NCBI GenBank assembly: GCA_964016885.1
Contig: OZ024740.1
Span: forward strand, 37,572,001 to 37,636,000
Direction of reading: 5' to 3'
DNA from: Eledone cirrhosa
Taxonomy: Eukaryota
DNA length: 64,000 nucleotides
In this document: positions 26,801-42,800 of the stretch, piece by piece
How the letters are laid out: every line of letters starts with the position of its first letter
Position numbering within the stretch: position 1 is the first letter of the stretch
The notes under the pieces: generated by a model
The model's database searches: none
What the model saw: the letters and a program-made list of their open reading frames with translations, nothing else
What the model was told of the DNA's origin: nothing
Position numbers and translations under genes: made by a program

Positions 26801-29800
26801 GTTAAAGGTAAACATGTGACAGAATATATAGAACACAGTGACCCCTGTTTAAGGTAGACATAGGACAGAATATATAGAACACAGTGACCCCTGTTTAAGG
26901 TAGACATAGGACAGAATATATAGAACACAGTGACCCCTGTTTAACGTAGACATAGGACAGAATATATAGAACACAGTGACCCCTGTTTAAGGTACACATG
27001 TGACAGAATATATAGAACACAGTGAACCCTGTTTAAGTTAGACATGTGACTGAATATATAGAATACAGTGACCCCTGTTAAAGGTAGACATAGGACAGAA
27101 TATATAGAACACAATGACCCCTGTTAAAGGTAGACATGTGACAGAATATATAGAACACAGTGACCCCTGTTAAAGGTAGACATGAGACAGAATATATAGA
27201 ACACAGTGACCCCTGTTTAAGGTAGACATAGGACAGAATATATAGAACACAGTGACCCCTGTTAAAGGTCGTCATAGGACAGATTATATAGAACGCAGTG
27301 ACCCCTGTTTAAGGTAGACATGTGACAGAATATATAGAACACAGTGACCCCTGTTAAAGGTAGACATCGGACAGAATATATAGAACACTGTGAACCCTGT
27401 TTCAGGTAGACATGTGACAGAATATATAGAATACAGTGACCCCTGTTAAAGGTATACATGTGACAGAATATATAGAACACAGTGACCCCTGTTAAAGGTA
27501 GACATGTGACAGAAAATATAGAACACAGTGACCCCTGTTTAAGGTAGGCATGTGACAGAATATATAGAACACAGTGATCCCTGTTTAAGGTAGACATGTG
27601 AAAGAATATATAGAACACAGTGACCCCTGTTAAAGGTAGACATGTGACAGAATATATAGAACACAGTGACCCCTGTTAAAGGTAGACATAGGACAGAATA
27701 TATAGAACACAGTGACCCATGTTATAGGTAGACATGTGACAGAATATATAGAACACAGTGACCCCTGTTAAAGGTAGACATAGGACAGAATATATAGAAC
27801 ACAGTGACCCATGTTATAGGTAGACATGTGACAGAATATATAGAACACAGTGACCCCTGTTTAAGGTAGACATAGGACAGAATATATAGAACAGATTGAT
27901 CACTGTTAAAGGTAGACATGTGACAGAATATATAGAACACAGTGACCCCTGTTAAAGGTAGACATGTGACAGAATATATAGAACTCAGAGACCCCTGTTA
28001 AATGTAGACATGTGACAGAATATATAGAACACAGTGACCCCTGTTTAAGGTAGACATAGGACAGAATATATAGAACACAGTGACCCCTGTTTAAGGTAGA
28101 CATAAGACAGAATATATAGAAAACAGTGACCCCTGTTAAAGGTAGACATAGGACAGAATATATAGAACACAGTGACCCCTGTTTAAGTTAGAGATAGGAC
28201 AGAATATATAGAACACAGTGACCCCTGCTAAATGTAAACATGTGACAGAATATATAGAACACAATGACCCCTGTTAAAGGTAGACATGTGACAGAATATA
28301 TAGAACACAGTGACCCCTGTTAAAGGTAGACAATGACAGAATATATAGAACACAGAGACCCCTGTTAAAGGTAGACATAGGACAGAATACATAGAACACA
28401 GTGACCCCTGCTAAATGTAAACATGTGACAGAATATATAGAACACAGTGACCCCTGTTAGAGGTAAACATGTGACAGAATATATAGAACACAGTGACCCC
28501 TGTTAAAGGTAGACATGTGACAGAATATATAGAACACAGTGACCCCTGTTAAAGGTAGACATGTGACAGAATATATAGAACACGGAGTCCCCTGTTAAAG
28601 GTAGACATGTGACAGAATATATAGAACACAGTGACCCCTTTTAAAGATAGACATGTGACAGAAAATATAGAACACAGTGACCCCTGTTAAAGGTAGACAT
28701 GTGACAGAATATATAAAACACAGTGACCCCTGTTAAAGCTAGACATGTGACAGAATATATAGAACACAGTGACCCCTGTTAAAGGTAGACATGTGACAGA
28801 ATATATAGAACACAGTGAAGCCTGTTTAAGCTAGACATGTGACAGAATATATAGAACACAGTGAAGCCTGTTTAAGCTAGACATGTGACAGAATATATAG
28901 AACACAGTGACCCCTGTTAAAGGTAGACATGTGACAGAATATATAGAATACAGTGACCCCTGTTAAAGGTAGACATAGGACAGAATATATAGTACAGAGT
29001 GACCCCTGTTAAAGGTAGACATGTGACAGAATATATAGAACACATTGACCCCTGTTAAAGGTAGACATGTGACAGAATATATAGAACTCAGAGACCCCTG
29101 TTAAAGGTAGACATAGGACAGAATATATAGAACACAGTGACCCCTGTTTAAGGTAGACATAGGACAGAATATATAGAACACAGTGACCCCTGTTAAAGGT
29201 AGACATGTGACAGAATATATAGAACAGAGTGACACCTGTTAAAGGTAGACATGTGACAGAATATATAGAACACAGTGACCCCTGTTTAAGGTAGACATGT
29301 GACAGAATATATAGAACACAGTGACCCCTGTTTAAGGTAGACATGTGACAGAATATATAGAACACAGTGACTCCTGTTAAAGGTAGACATAGGACAGAAT
29401 ATATAGAACACAGTGACCCCTGTTTAAGGTAGACATGTGACAGAATATATAGAACACAGTGACCCCTGTGAAAGTTAGACATGTGACAGAATATATAGAA
29501 CACAGTGACCCCTGTTAAAGGTAGACATGTGACAGAATATATAGAACACAGTGACCCCTGTTTAAGGTAGACATGTGACAGAATATATAGAACACAGTGA
29601 CCCCTGTTTAAGGTAGACATGTGACAGAATATATAGAACACAGTGACCCCTGTTAAAGGTAGACATGTGACAGAATATATAGAACACAGTGACCCCTGTT
29701 TAAGGTAGACATGTGACAGAATATATAGAACACAGTGACCCCTGTTAAATGTAGACATAGGACAGAATATATAGAACACAGTGACCCCTGTTTAAGTTAG

Positions 29801-31899
29801 AGATAGGACAGAACATATAGAACACAGTGACCCCTATTAAAGGTCGACATAGGACAGATTATATAGAACACAGTGACCCCTGTTTAAGGTAGACATGTGA
29901 CAGAATATATAGAACACAGTGACCCCTGTTAAAGGTAGACATGTGACAGAATATATAGAACACAGTGACCCCTGTTTAAGGTAGATATGTGACAGAATAT
30001 ATAGAACACAGTGACCCCTGTTAAATGTAGACATAGGACAGAATATATAGAACACAGTGACCCCTGTTAAAGGTAGACATGTGACAGAATATATAGAACA
30101 CAGTGACCCCTGTTTAAGGTAGATATGTGACAGAATATATAGAACACAGTGACCCCTGTTAAAGGTAGACATAGGACAGAATATATAGAACACAGTGACC
30201 CCTGTTTAAGGTAGACATAGGACAGAATATATAGAACACAGTGACCCCTGTTAAAGGTCGACATAGGACAGATTATATAGAACACAGTGACCCCTGTTTA
30301 AGGTAGACATGTGACAGAATATATAGAACACAGTGACCCCTGTTAAAGGTAGACATAGGACAGAATATATAGAACACAGTGACCCCTGTTAAAGGTAGAC
30401 ATGTGACAGAATATATAGAACACAGTGACCCCTGTTAAAGGTAGACATGTGAAAGAATATATAGAACACAGTGACCCCTGTTTAAGGTAGACATGTGAAA
30501 GAATATATAGAACACAGTGACCCCTGTTAAAGGTAGACATGTGACAGAATATATAGAACACAGAGTCCCCTGTTAAAGGTGGACGTAGGAGAGAATATAT
30601 AGAACACAGTGACCCCTGTTAAAGGTAGACATGTGACAGAATATATAGAACACAGAGTCCCCTGTTAAAGGTGGACGTAGGAGAGAATATATAGAACACA
30701 GTGACCCCTGTTTAAGGTAGACATAGGACGGAATATATAGAACACAGTGACCCCTGTTAAAGGTAGACATGTGACAGAATATATAGAACACAGTGACCCC
30801 TGTTAAAGGTAGACATGTGAAAGAATATATAGAACACAGTGACCCCTGTTTAAGGTAGACATGTGAAAGAATATATAGAACACAGTGACCCCTGTTTAAG
30901 GTAGACATCGGACAGAATATATAGAACACTGTGAACCCTGTTTCAGGTAGACATGTGACAGAATATATAGAATACAGTGACCCCTGTTAAAGGTATACAT
31001 GTGACAGAATATATAGAACACAGTGACCCCTGTTAAAGGTAGACATGTGACAGAAAATATAGAACACAGTGACCCCTGTTTAAGGTAGACATGTGACAGA
31101 ATATATAGAACACAGTGACCCCTGTTTAAGGTAGACATAGGACAGAATATATAGAACACAGTGACCCCTGTTTAAGGTAGACATAAGACAGAATATATAG
31201 AACACAGAGACCCCTGTTTAAGGTAGACATGTGACAGAATATATAGAACACAGAGACCCCTGTTAAAGGTAGACATGTGACAGAATATATAGAACACAGT
31301 GACCCCTGTTAAAGGTAGACATGTGACAGAATATATAGAACATAGTGACCCCTGTTAAAGGTAGACATAGGACAGAATATATAGAACACAGTGACCCCTG
31401 TTTAAGGTAGACATAAGACAGAATATATAGAACACAGAGACCCCTGTTTAAGGTAGACATGTGACAGAATATATAGAACACAGTGACCCCTGTTAAAGGT
31501 AGACATAGGACAGAATATATAGAACTCAGAGACCCCTGTTAAAGGTAGACATGTGACAGAATATATAGAACACAGTGACCCCTGTTAAAGGTAGACATGT
31601 AACAGAATATATAGAACACAGTGACCCCTGTTAAAGGTAGACATGTGACAGAATATATAGAACACGGAGTCCCCTGTTAAAGGTAGACATGTGACAGAAT
31701 ATATAGAACACAGTGACCCCTGTTTAAGGTAGACATGTGACAGAATATATAGAACGCAGTGACCCCTGTTAAAGGTAGACATGTGACAGAATATATAGAA
31801 TACAGTGACCCCTGTTAAAGGTAGACATGTGACAGAATATATAGAACACAGTGACCCCTGTTTAAGGTAGACATAGGACAGCACATATAGAACACAGTG

Positions 31900-33800
31900 A
31901 TCCCTGTTAAAGGTAGACATAGGACAGAATATCTAGAACACAGTGACCCCTGTTTAAGGTAGACATAAGACAGAATATATAGAACACAGAGACCCCTGTT
32001 AAAGGTAGACATAGGACAGATTATATAGAACACAGTGACCCCTGTTAAAGGTAGACATAGGACAGAATATCTAGAACACAGTGACCCCTGTTTAAGGTAG
32101 ACATAAGACAGAATATATAGAACACAGAGACCCCTGTTAAAGGTAGACATGTGACAGAATATATAGAACGCAGTGACCCCTGTTAAAGGTAGACATGTGA
32201 CAGAATATATAGAACACAGTGACCCCTGTTAAAAGTAGACATAGGACAGAATATATAGAACACAGTGACCCCTGTTTAAGGTAGACATAGGACAGCATAT
32301 ATAGAACACAGTGACCCCTGTTTAAGGTAGACATGTGACAGAATATATAGAACACAGTGACCCCTGTTTAAGGTAGACATAAGACAGAATATATAGAACA
32401 CAGAGACCCCTGTTAAAGGTAGACATCTGACAGAATATATAGAACTCAGAGACCCCTGTTAAAGGTAGACATAGGACAGAATATATAGAACACAGTGACC
32501 CCTGTTAAAAGTAGACATAGGACAGAATATATAGAACACAGTGACCCCTGTTTAAGGTAGACATAAGACAGAATATATAGAACACAGAGACCCCTGTTAA
32601 AGGTAGACATGTGACAGAATATATAGAACACAGTGACCCCTGTTAAAGGTAGACATAGGACAGAATATATAGAACACAGTGACCCCTGTTTAAGGTAGAC
32701 ATAAGACAGAATATATAGAACACAGAGACCCCTGTTAAAGGTAGACATCTGACAGAATATATAGAACTCAGAGACCCCTGTTAAAGGTAGACATGTGACA
32801 GAATATATAGAACACAGTGACCCCTGTTAAAGGTAGACATAGGACAGAATATATAGAACACAGTGACCCCTGTTTAAGGTAGACATAAGACAGAATATAT
32901 AGAACACAGAGACCCCTGTTAAAGGTAGACATGTGACAGAATATATAGAAAGCAGTGACCCCTGTTAAAGGTAGACATGTGACAGAATATATAGAACACA
33001 GTGACCCCTGTTAAAGGTAGACATAGGACAGAATATATAGAACACAGTGACCCCTGTTTAAGGTAGACATAAGACAGAATATATAGAACACAGAGACCCC
33101 TGTTAAAGGTAGACATGAGACAGAATATATAGAACACAGAGACCCCTGTTAAAGGTAGACATGTGACAGAATATATAGAACACAGTGACCCCTGTTAAAG
33201 GTAGACATAGGACAGAATATATAGAACACAGTGACCCCTGTTTAAGGTAGACATAAGACAGAATATATAGAACACAGAGACCCCTGTTAAAGGTAGACAT
33301 CTGACAGAATATATAGAACTCAGAGACCCCTGTTAAAGGTAGACATGTGACAGAATATATAGAACACAGTGACCCCTGTTAAAGGTAGACATAGGACAGA
33401 ATATATAGAACACAGAGACCCCTGTTTAAGGTAGACATAAGACAGAATATATAGAACACAGAGACCCCTGTTTAAGGTAGACATAAGACAGAATATATAG
33501 AACACAGAGACCCCTGTTAAAGGTAGACATGTGACAGAATATATAGAACGCAGTGACCCCTGTTAAAGGTAGACATGTGACAGAATATATAGAACACAGT
33601 GACCCCTGTTAAAGGTAGACATAGGACAGAATATATAGAACACAGTGACCCCTGTTTAAGGTAGACATAAGACAGAATATATAGAACACAGAGACCCCTG
33701 TTAAAGGTAGACATGTGACAGAATATATAGAACGCAGTGACCCCTGTTAAAGGTAGACATGTGACAGAATATATAGAACACAGTGACCCCTGTTAAAGGT
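31900..33800. repeat. Copy of the 3-/4-monomer higher-order repeat domain
   Basis: It matches 15300-17200 at an offset of 16604. Confidence 0.75.
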
Positions 33801-36800
33801 AGACATAGGACAGAATATATAGAACACAGTGACCCCTGCTAAATGTGAACACGTGACAGAATATATAGAACACAGAGACCCCTGTTAAAGGTAGACATGT
33901 GACAGAATATATAGAACGCAGTGACCCCTGTTAAAGGTAGACATAGGACAGAATATATAGAACACAGTGACCCCTGTTTAAGTTAGAGATAGGACAGAAT
34001 ATATAGAACACAGTGACCCCTGTTAAAGGTAGACATGTGAAAGAATATGTAGAACACAGTGACCCCTGTTAAAGGTAGACATAGGACAGAATACATAGAA
34101 CACAGTGACCCCTGCTAAATGTAAACATGTGACAGAATATATAGAACACAATGACCCCTGTTAAAGGTAGACATGTGACAGAATATATAGAACACAGAGA
34201 CCCCTGTTAAAGGTAGACATAGGACAGAATATATAGAACACAGTGACCCCTGTTAAAGGTAGACATGTGACAGAATATATAGAACACAGTGACCCCTTTT
34301 AAAGATAGACATGTGACAGAATATATAGAACACAGTGACCCCTGTTAAAGGTAGACATGTGACAGAATATATAGAACACAGAGACCCCTTTTAAAGATAG
34401 ACATGTGACAGAAAATATAGAACACAGTGACCCCTGTTTAAGGTAGACATGTGACAGAATATATAGAACACAGTGACCCCTGTTAAAGGTAGACATGAGA
34501 CAGAATATATAGAACACAGTGACCCCTGTTTAAGGTAGACAGGTGACAGAATATATAGAACACAGTGATCCCTGTTTAAGGTAGACATCGGACAGAATAT
34601 ATAGAACACTGTGACCCCTGTTAGAGGTAGACATGTGACAGAATATATAGAACACAGTGACCCCTGTTAAAGGTAGACATAGGACAGAATATATAGAACA
34701 CAGTGACCCCTGTTAAAGGTATACATGTGACAGAATATATAGAACACAGTGACCCCTGTTAGAGGTAGACATGTGACAGAATATATAGAACACAGTGACC
34801 CCTGTTTAAGGTAGACATGTGACAGAATATATAGAATACAGTGACCCCTGTTAAAGGTAGACATGTGACAGAATATATGGTACAGAGTGACCCCTGTTAA
34901 AGGTAGACATGTGACAGAATATATAGAACACAGTGACCCCTGTTTAAGGTAGACATAGGACAGATTATATAGAACACAGTGACCCCTGTTTAAGGTAGAC
35001 ATGTGACAGAATATATAGAACACAGTGACCCCTGTTTAAGGTAGACATATGACAGAATATATAGAACACAGTGACCCCTGTTTAAGGTAGACATATGACA
35101 GAATATATAGAACACAGTGACCCCTGTTTAAGGTAGACATGTGACAGAATATATAGAACACAGTGACCCCTGTTAAAGGTAGACATGTGACAGAATATAT
35201 AGAACACAGTGACCCCTGTTAAAGGTAGACATGTGACAGAATATATAGAACACAGAGACCCCTGTTAGAGGTAGACATGTTACAGAATATATAGAACACA
35301 GTGAGCCCTGTTAAAGGTAGACATGTGACAGAATATATAGAACACAGTGACCCCTGTTTAAGGTAGACATGTGACAGAATATATAGAACACAGTTAACCC
35401 TGTTAAAGGTAGACATGTGACAGAATATATAGAACACAGAGTCCCCTGTTAAAGGTTGACATGTGACAGAATATATAGAACACAGTGACCCCTTTTAAAG
35501 ATAGACATGTGACAGAAAATATAGAACACAGTGACCCCTGTTTAAGGTAGACATGTGACAGAATATATAGAACACAGTGACCCCTGTTAAAGGTAGACAT
35601 GAGACAGAATATATAGAACACAGTGACCCCTGTTTAAGGTAGACATGTGACAGAATATATAGAATACAGTGACCCCTGTTAAAGGTAGACATAGGACAGA
35701 ATATATAGAACACAGTGACCCCTGTTTAAGGTAGACATAGGACAGAATATATAGAACACAGTGAACCCTGTTTAAGGTAGACATGTGACAGAATATATAG
35801 AATACAGTGACCCCTGTTAAAGCTAGACATGTGACAGAATATATAGAACACAGTGACCCCTGTTAAAGGTAGACATGTGACAGAATATATAGAACACAGT
35901 GACCCCTGTTTAAGGTAGACATAGGACAGAATATATAGAACACAGAGACCCCTGTTTAAGGTAGACATAGGACAGAATATATAGAACACAGTGAACCCTG
36001 TTTAAGGTAGACATGTGACAGAATATATAGAATACAGTGACCCCTGTTAAAGCTAGACATGTGACAGAATATATAGAACACAGTGACCCCTGTTAAAGGT
36101 AGACATGTGACAGAATATATAGAACACAGTGACTCCTGTTAAAGGTAGACATAGGACAGAATATATAGAACACAGTGACCCCTGTTTAAGGTAGACATGT
36201 GACAGAATATATAGAACACAGTGACCCCTGTGAAAGTTAGACATGTGACAGAATATATAGAACACAGTGACCCCTGTTAAAGGTAGACATGTGACAGAAT
36301 ATATAGAACACAGTGACCCCTGTTTAAGGTAGACATGTGACAGAATATATAGAACACAGTGACCCCTGTTTAAGGTAGACATGTGACAGAATATATAGAA
36401 CACAGTGACCCCTGTTAAAGGTAGACATGTGACAGAATATATAGAACACAGTGACCCCTGTTTAAGGTAGACATGTGACAGAATATATAGAACACAGTGA
36501 CCCCTGTTAAAGGTAGACATGTGACAAAATATATAGAACACAGTGACCCCTGTTAAATGTAGACATAGGACAGAATATATAGAACACAGTGACCCCTGTT
36601 TAAGGTAGACAGGTGACAGAATATATAGAACACAGTGACCCCTGTTAAAGGTAGACATGAGACAGAATATATAGAACGCAATGACCCCTGTTAAAGGTAG
36701 ACATGTGACAGAATATATAGAACACAGTGACCCCTGTTAAAGGTAGACATGAGACAGAATATATAGAACACAGTGACACCTGTTAAAGGTAGACATGTGA

Positions 36801-39800
36801 CAGAATATATAGAACACACTGACCCCTGTTAAAGGTAGATATGAGACAGAATATATAGAACACAGTGACCCCTGTTAAAGGTAGACATGTGACAGAATAT
36901 ATAGAACACAGTGACCCCTGTTAAAGGTAGACATGTGACAGAATATATAGAACACAGTGACCCCTGTTAAAGGTCGACATAGGACAGATTATATAGAACA
37001 CAGTGACCCCTGTTTAAGGTAGACATGTGACAGAATATATAGAACACAGTGACCCCTGTTAAAGGTAGACATGAGACAGAATATATAGAACGCAATGACC
37101 CCTGTTAAAGGTAGACATGTGACAGAATATATAGAACACAGTGATTCCTGTTTAAGGTAGACATGTGACAGTATATATAGAACACAGTGACCCCTGTTTA
37201 AGGTAGACATAGGACAGAATATATAGAACACAGTGACCCCTGTTAAAGGTAGACATGAGACAGAATATATAGAACACAGTGACCCATGTTTAAGGTAGAC
37301 ATAGGACAGAATATATAGAACACAGTGACCCCTGTTAAAGGTCGTCATAGGACAGATTATATAGAACACAGTGACCCCTGTTTAAGGTAGACATGTGACA
37401 GAATATATAGAACACAGTGACCCCTGTTAAAGGTAGACATGTGACAGAATATATAGAACACAGTGATTCCTGTTTAAGGTAGACATGTGACAGTATATAT
37501 AGAACACAGTGACCCCTGTTAAAGGTAGACATGTGACAGAATATATAGAACACAGTGACCCCTGTTAAAGGTAGACATGTGACAGAATATATAGAACACA
37601 GTGACCCCTGTTAAAGGTCGTCATAGGACAGATTATATAGAACACAGTGACCCCTGTTTAAGGTAGACATGTGACAGAATATATAGAACACAGTGACCCC
37701 TGTTAAAGGTAGACATGTGACAGAATATATAGAACACAGTGACCCCTGTTTAAGGTAGACATCGGACAGAATATATAGAACACTGTGAACCCTGTTTCAG
37801 GTAGACATGTGACAGAATATATAGAATACAGTGACCGCTGTTAAAGGTATACATGTGACAGAATATATAGAACACAGTGACCCCTGTGAAAGTTAGACAT
37901 GTGACAGAAAATATAGAACACAGTGACCCCTGTTTAAGGTAGACATGTGACAGAATATATAGAACACAGTGATCCCTGTTAGAGGTAGACATGTGACAGA
38001 ATATATAGAACACAGTGACCCCTGTTTAAGGTAGACATAGGACAGAATATATAGAACACAGTGACCCCTGTTTAAGGTAGACATAGGACAGAATATATAG
38101 AACACAGTGATCCCTGTTAGAGGTAGACATGTGACAGAATATATAGAACTCAGAGACCCCTGTTTAAGGTAGACATAGGACAGAATATATAGAACACAGT
38201 GACCCCTGTTTAAGGTAGACATAGGACAGAATATATAGAACAGATTGATCACTGTTAAAGGTAGACATGTGACAGAAGATATAGAACACAGTGACCCCTG
38301 TTAAAGGTAGACATGTGACAGAATATATAGAACACAGTGATCCCTGTTAAAGGTAGACATGTGACAGAATATATAGAACACAGTGACCCCTGTTATAGGT
38401 AGACATAGGACAGAATATATAGAACACAGTGACCCCTGTTATAGGTAGACATAGGACAGAATATATAGAACACAGTGACTCCTGTTAAAGGTAGACATAG
38501 GACAGAATATATAGAACACAGAGACCCCTGTTAAAGGTAGACATGTGACAGAATATATAGAACACAGTGACCCCTGTTAAAGGTAGACATAGGACAGAAT
38601 ATATAGAACACAGTGACCCCTGTTTAAGGTAGACATAAGACAGAATATATAGAACACAGAGACCCCTGTTAAAGGTAGACATGTGACAGAATATATAGAA
38701 CACAGTGACCCCTGTTAAAGGTAGACATAGGACAGAATATATAGAACACAGTGACCCCTGTTTAAGGTAGACATAAGACAGAATATATAGAACACAGAGA
38801 CCCCTGTTAAAGGTAGACATGTGACAGAATATATAGAACACAGTGACCCCTGTTAAAGGTAGACATAGGACAGAATATATAGAACACAGTGACCCCTGTT
38901 TAAGTTTGAGATAGGACAGAATATATAGAACACAGTGACCCCTGTTTAAGGTAGACATGTGAAAGAATATATAGAACACAGTGACCCCTGTTAAAGGTAG
39001 ACATAGGACAGAATACATAGAACACAGTGACCCCTGCTAAATGTAAACATGTGACAGAATATATAGAACACAATGACCCCTGTTAAAGGTACACATGTGA
39101 CAGAATATATAGAACACAGTGACCCCTGTTTAAGGTAGACATAGGACAGAATATATAGAACACAGTGACCCCTGTTAAAGGTCGTCATAGGACAGATTAT
39201 ATAGAACACAGTGACCCCTGTTTAAGGTAGACATGTGACAGAATATATAGAACACAGTGACCCCTGTTAAAGGTAGACATGTGACAGAATATATAGAACA
39301 CAGTGATTCCTGTTTAAGGTAGACATGTGACAGTATATATAGAACACAGTGACCCCTGTTAAAGGTAGACATGTGACAGAATATATAGAACACAGTGACC
39401 CCTGTTAAAGGTAGACAATGACAGAATATATAGAACACAGAGACCCCTGTTACAGGTAGACATGTGACAGAATATATAGAACACAGTGACCCCTTTTAAA
39501 GATAGACATGTGACAGAATATATAGAACACAGTGACCCCTGTTAAAGGTAGACATGTGACAGAATATATAGAACACAGTGACCCCTGTTAAAGGTAGACA
39601 TAGGACAGAATATATAGAACACAGTGACCCCTGCTAAATGTAAACATGTGACAGAATATGTAGAACACAGTGACCCCTGTTAAAGGTAGACATGTGACAG
39701 AATATATAGAACACAGTGACCCCTGTTAAAGGTAGACATGTGACAGAATATATAGAACACGGAGTCCCCTGTTAAAGGTAGACATGTGACAGAATATATA

Positions 39801-42800
39801 GAACACAGTGACCCCTTTTAAAGATAGACATGTGACAGAAAATATAGAACACAGTGACCCCTGTTAAAGGTAGACATGTGACAGAATATATAAAACACAG
39901 TGACCCCTGTTAAAGGTAGACATGAGACAGAATATATAGAACACAGTGACCCCTGTTTAAGGTAGACATAGGACAGAATATATAGAACACAGTGACCCCT
40001 GTTAAAGGTAGACATGTGACAGAATATATAGAACACAGTGACCCCTGTTAAAGGTAGACATAGGACAGAATATATAGAACACAGTGACCCCTGCTAAATG
40101 TAAACATGTGACAGAATATATAGAACACAGTGACCCCTGTTAAAGGTAGACATGTGACAGAATATATAGAACACAGTGACCCCTGTTAAAGGTAGACATG
40201 TGACAGAATATATAGAACACGGAGTCCCCTGTTAAAGGTAGACATGTGACAGAATATATAGAACACAGTGACCCCTTTTAAAGATAGACATGTGACAGAA
40301 AATATAGAACACAGTGACCCCTGTTAAAGGTAGACATGTGACAGAATATATAAAACACAGTGACCCCTGTTTAAGGTAGACATGTGACAGAATATATAGA
40401 ACACAGTGACCCCTGTTTAAGGTAGACATAGGACAGAATATATAGAACACAGTGACTCCTGTTAAAGGTAGACATAGGACAGAATATATAGAACACAGTG
40501 ACCCCTGTTTAAGGTAGACGTGTGACAGAATATATAGAACACAGTGACCCCTGTGAAAGTTAGACATGTGACAGAATATATAGAACACAGTGACCCCTGT
40601 TAAAGGTAGACATGTGACAGAATATATAGAACACAGTGACCCCTGTTTAAGGTAGACATGTGACAGAATATATAGAACACAGTGACCCCTGCTTAAGGTA
40701 GACATGTGACAGAATATATAGAACACAGTGACCCCTGTTAAAGGTAGACATGTGACAGAATATATAGAACACAGTGACCCCTGTTTAAGGTAGACATGTG
40801 ACAGAATATATAGAACACAGTGACCCCTGTTAAATGTAGACATAGGACAGAATATATAGAACACAGTGACCCCTGTTTAAGTCAGAGATAGGACAGAACA
40901 TATAGAACACAGTGACCCCTATTAAAGGTCGACATAGGACAGATTATATAGAACACAGTGACCCCTGTTTAAGGTAGACATGTGACAGAATATATAGAAC
41001 ACAGTGACCCCTGTTAAAGGTAGACATGTGACAGAATATATAGAACACAGTGACCCCTGTTAAATGTAGACATAGGACAGAATATATAGAACACAGTGAC
41101 CCCTGTTAAAGGTAGACATGTGACAGAATATATAGAACACAGTGACCCCTGTTTAAGGTAGATATGTGACAGAATATATAGAACACAGTGACCCCTGTTA
41201 AAGGTAGACATAGGACAGAATATATAGAACACAGTGACCCCTGTTTAAGGTAGACATAGGACAGAATATATAGAACACAGTGACCCCTGTTAAAGGTCGA
41301 CATAGGACAGATTATATAGAACACAGTGACCCCTGTTTAAGGTAGACATGTGACAGAATATATAGAACACAGTGACCCCTGTTAAAGGTAGACATAGGAC
41401 AGAATATATAGAACACAGTGACCCCTGTTAAAGGTAGACATGTGACAGAATATATAGAACACAGTGACCCCTGTTAAAGGTAGACATGTGACAGAATATA
41501 TAGAACTCAGAGACCCCTGTTAAAGGTAGACATGTGAAAGAATATATAGAACACAGTGACCCCTGTTAAAGGTAGACATAGGACAGAATATATAGAACAC
41601 AGTGACCCCTGTTTAAGGTAGACATAAGACAGAATATATAGAACACAGAGACCCCTGTTAAAGGTAGACATGTGACAGAATATATAGAACTCAGAGACCC
41701 CTGTTAAAGGTAGACATGTGACAGAATATATAGAACACAGTGACCCCTGTTAAAGGTAGACATAGGACAGAATATATAGAAAACAGTGACCCCTGTTTAA
41801 GGTAGACATAAGACAGAATATATAGAACACAGAGACCCCTGTTAAAGGTAGACATGTGACAGAATATATAGAACGCAGTGACCCCTGTTAAAGGTAGACA
41901 TAGGACAGAATATATAGAACACAGTGACCCCTGTTTAAGTTAGAGATAGGACAGAATATATAGAACACAGTGACCCCTGCTAAATGTAAACATGTGACAG
42001 AATATATAGAACACAGTGACCCCTGTTAAAGGTAGACATGTGACAGAATATATAGAACACAGTGACCCCTGTTAAAGGTAGACATGTGACAGAATATATA
42101 GACCACAGAGACCCCTGTTAAAGGTAGACATGTGACAGAATATATAGAACACAGTGACCCCTTTTAAAGATAGACATGTGACAGAATATATAGAACACAG
42201 TGACCCCTGTTAAAGGTAGACATGTGACAGAATATATAGAACACAGAGACCCCTTTTAAAGGTAGACATGTGACAGAATATATAGAACACAGTGACCCCT
42301 GTTAAAGGTAGACATAGGACAGAATATATAGAACACAGTGACCCCTGTTTAAGGTAGACATAAGACAGAATATATAGAACACAGAGACCCCTGTTAAAGG
42401 TAGACATGTGACAGAATATATAGAACACAGTGACCCCTGTTAAAGGTAGACATAGGACAGAATATATAGAACACAGTGACCCCTGTTTAAGTTTGAGATA
42501 GGACAGAATATATAGAACACAGTGACCCCTGTTTAAGGTAGACATGTGAAAGAATATATAGAACACAGTGACCCCTGTTAAAGGTAGACATAGGACAGAA
42601 TACATAGAACACAGTGACCCCTGCTAAATGTAAACATGTGACAGAATATATAGAACACAATGACCCCTGTTAAAGGTACACATGTGACAGAATATATAGA
42701 ACACAGTGACCCCTGTTTAAAGTAGACATAGGACAGAATATATAGAACACAGTGACCCCTGTTAAAGGTCGTCATAGGACAGATTATATAGAACACAGTG

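Larger units (their letters stand above)
8765..40415. repeat. Large tandem duplication: copy 1 ~8765-25690 (16.9 kb), copy 2 ~25691-40415 (14.7 kb)
   Basis: Colinear ORF and variant pairs: 8773/25699 (16926), 12451/29009 (16558), 15211/31815 and 20385/36989 (16604), 23859/38485 (14626), 25514/40232 (14718). The offsets change only by multiples of 46. Confidence 0.9.
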
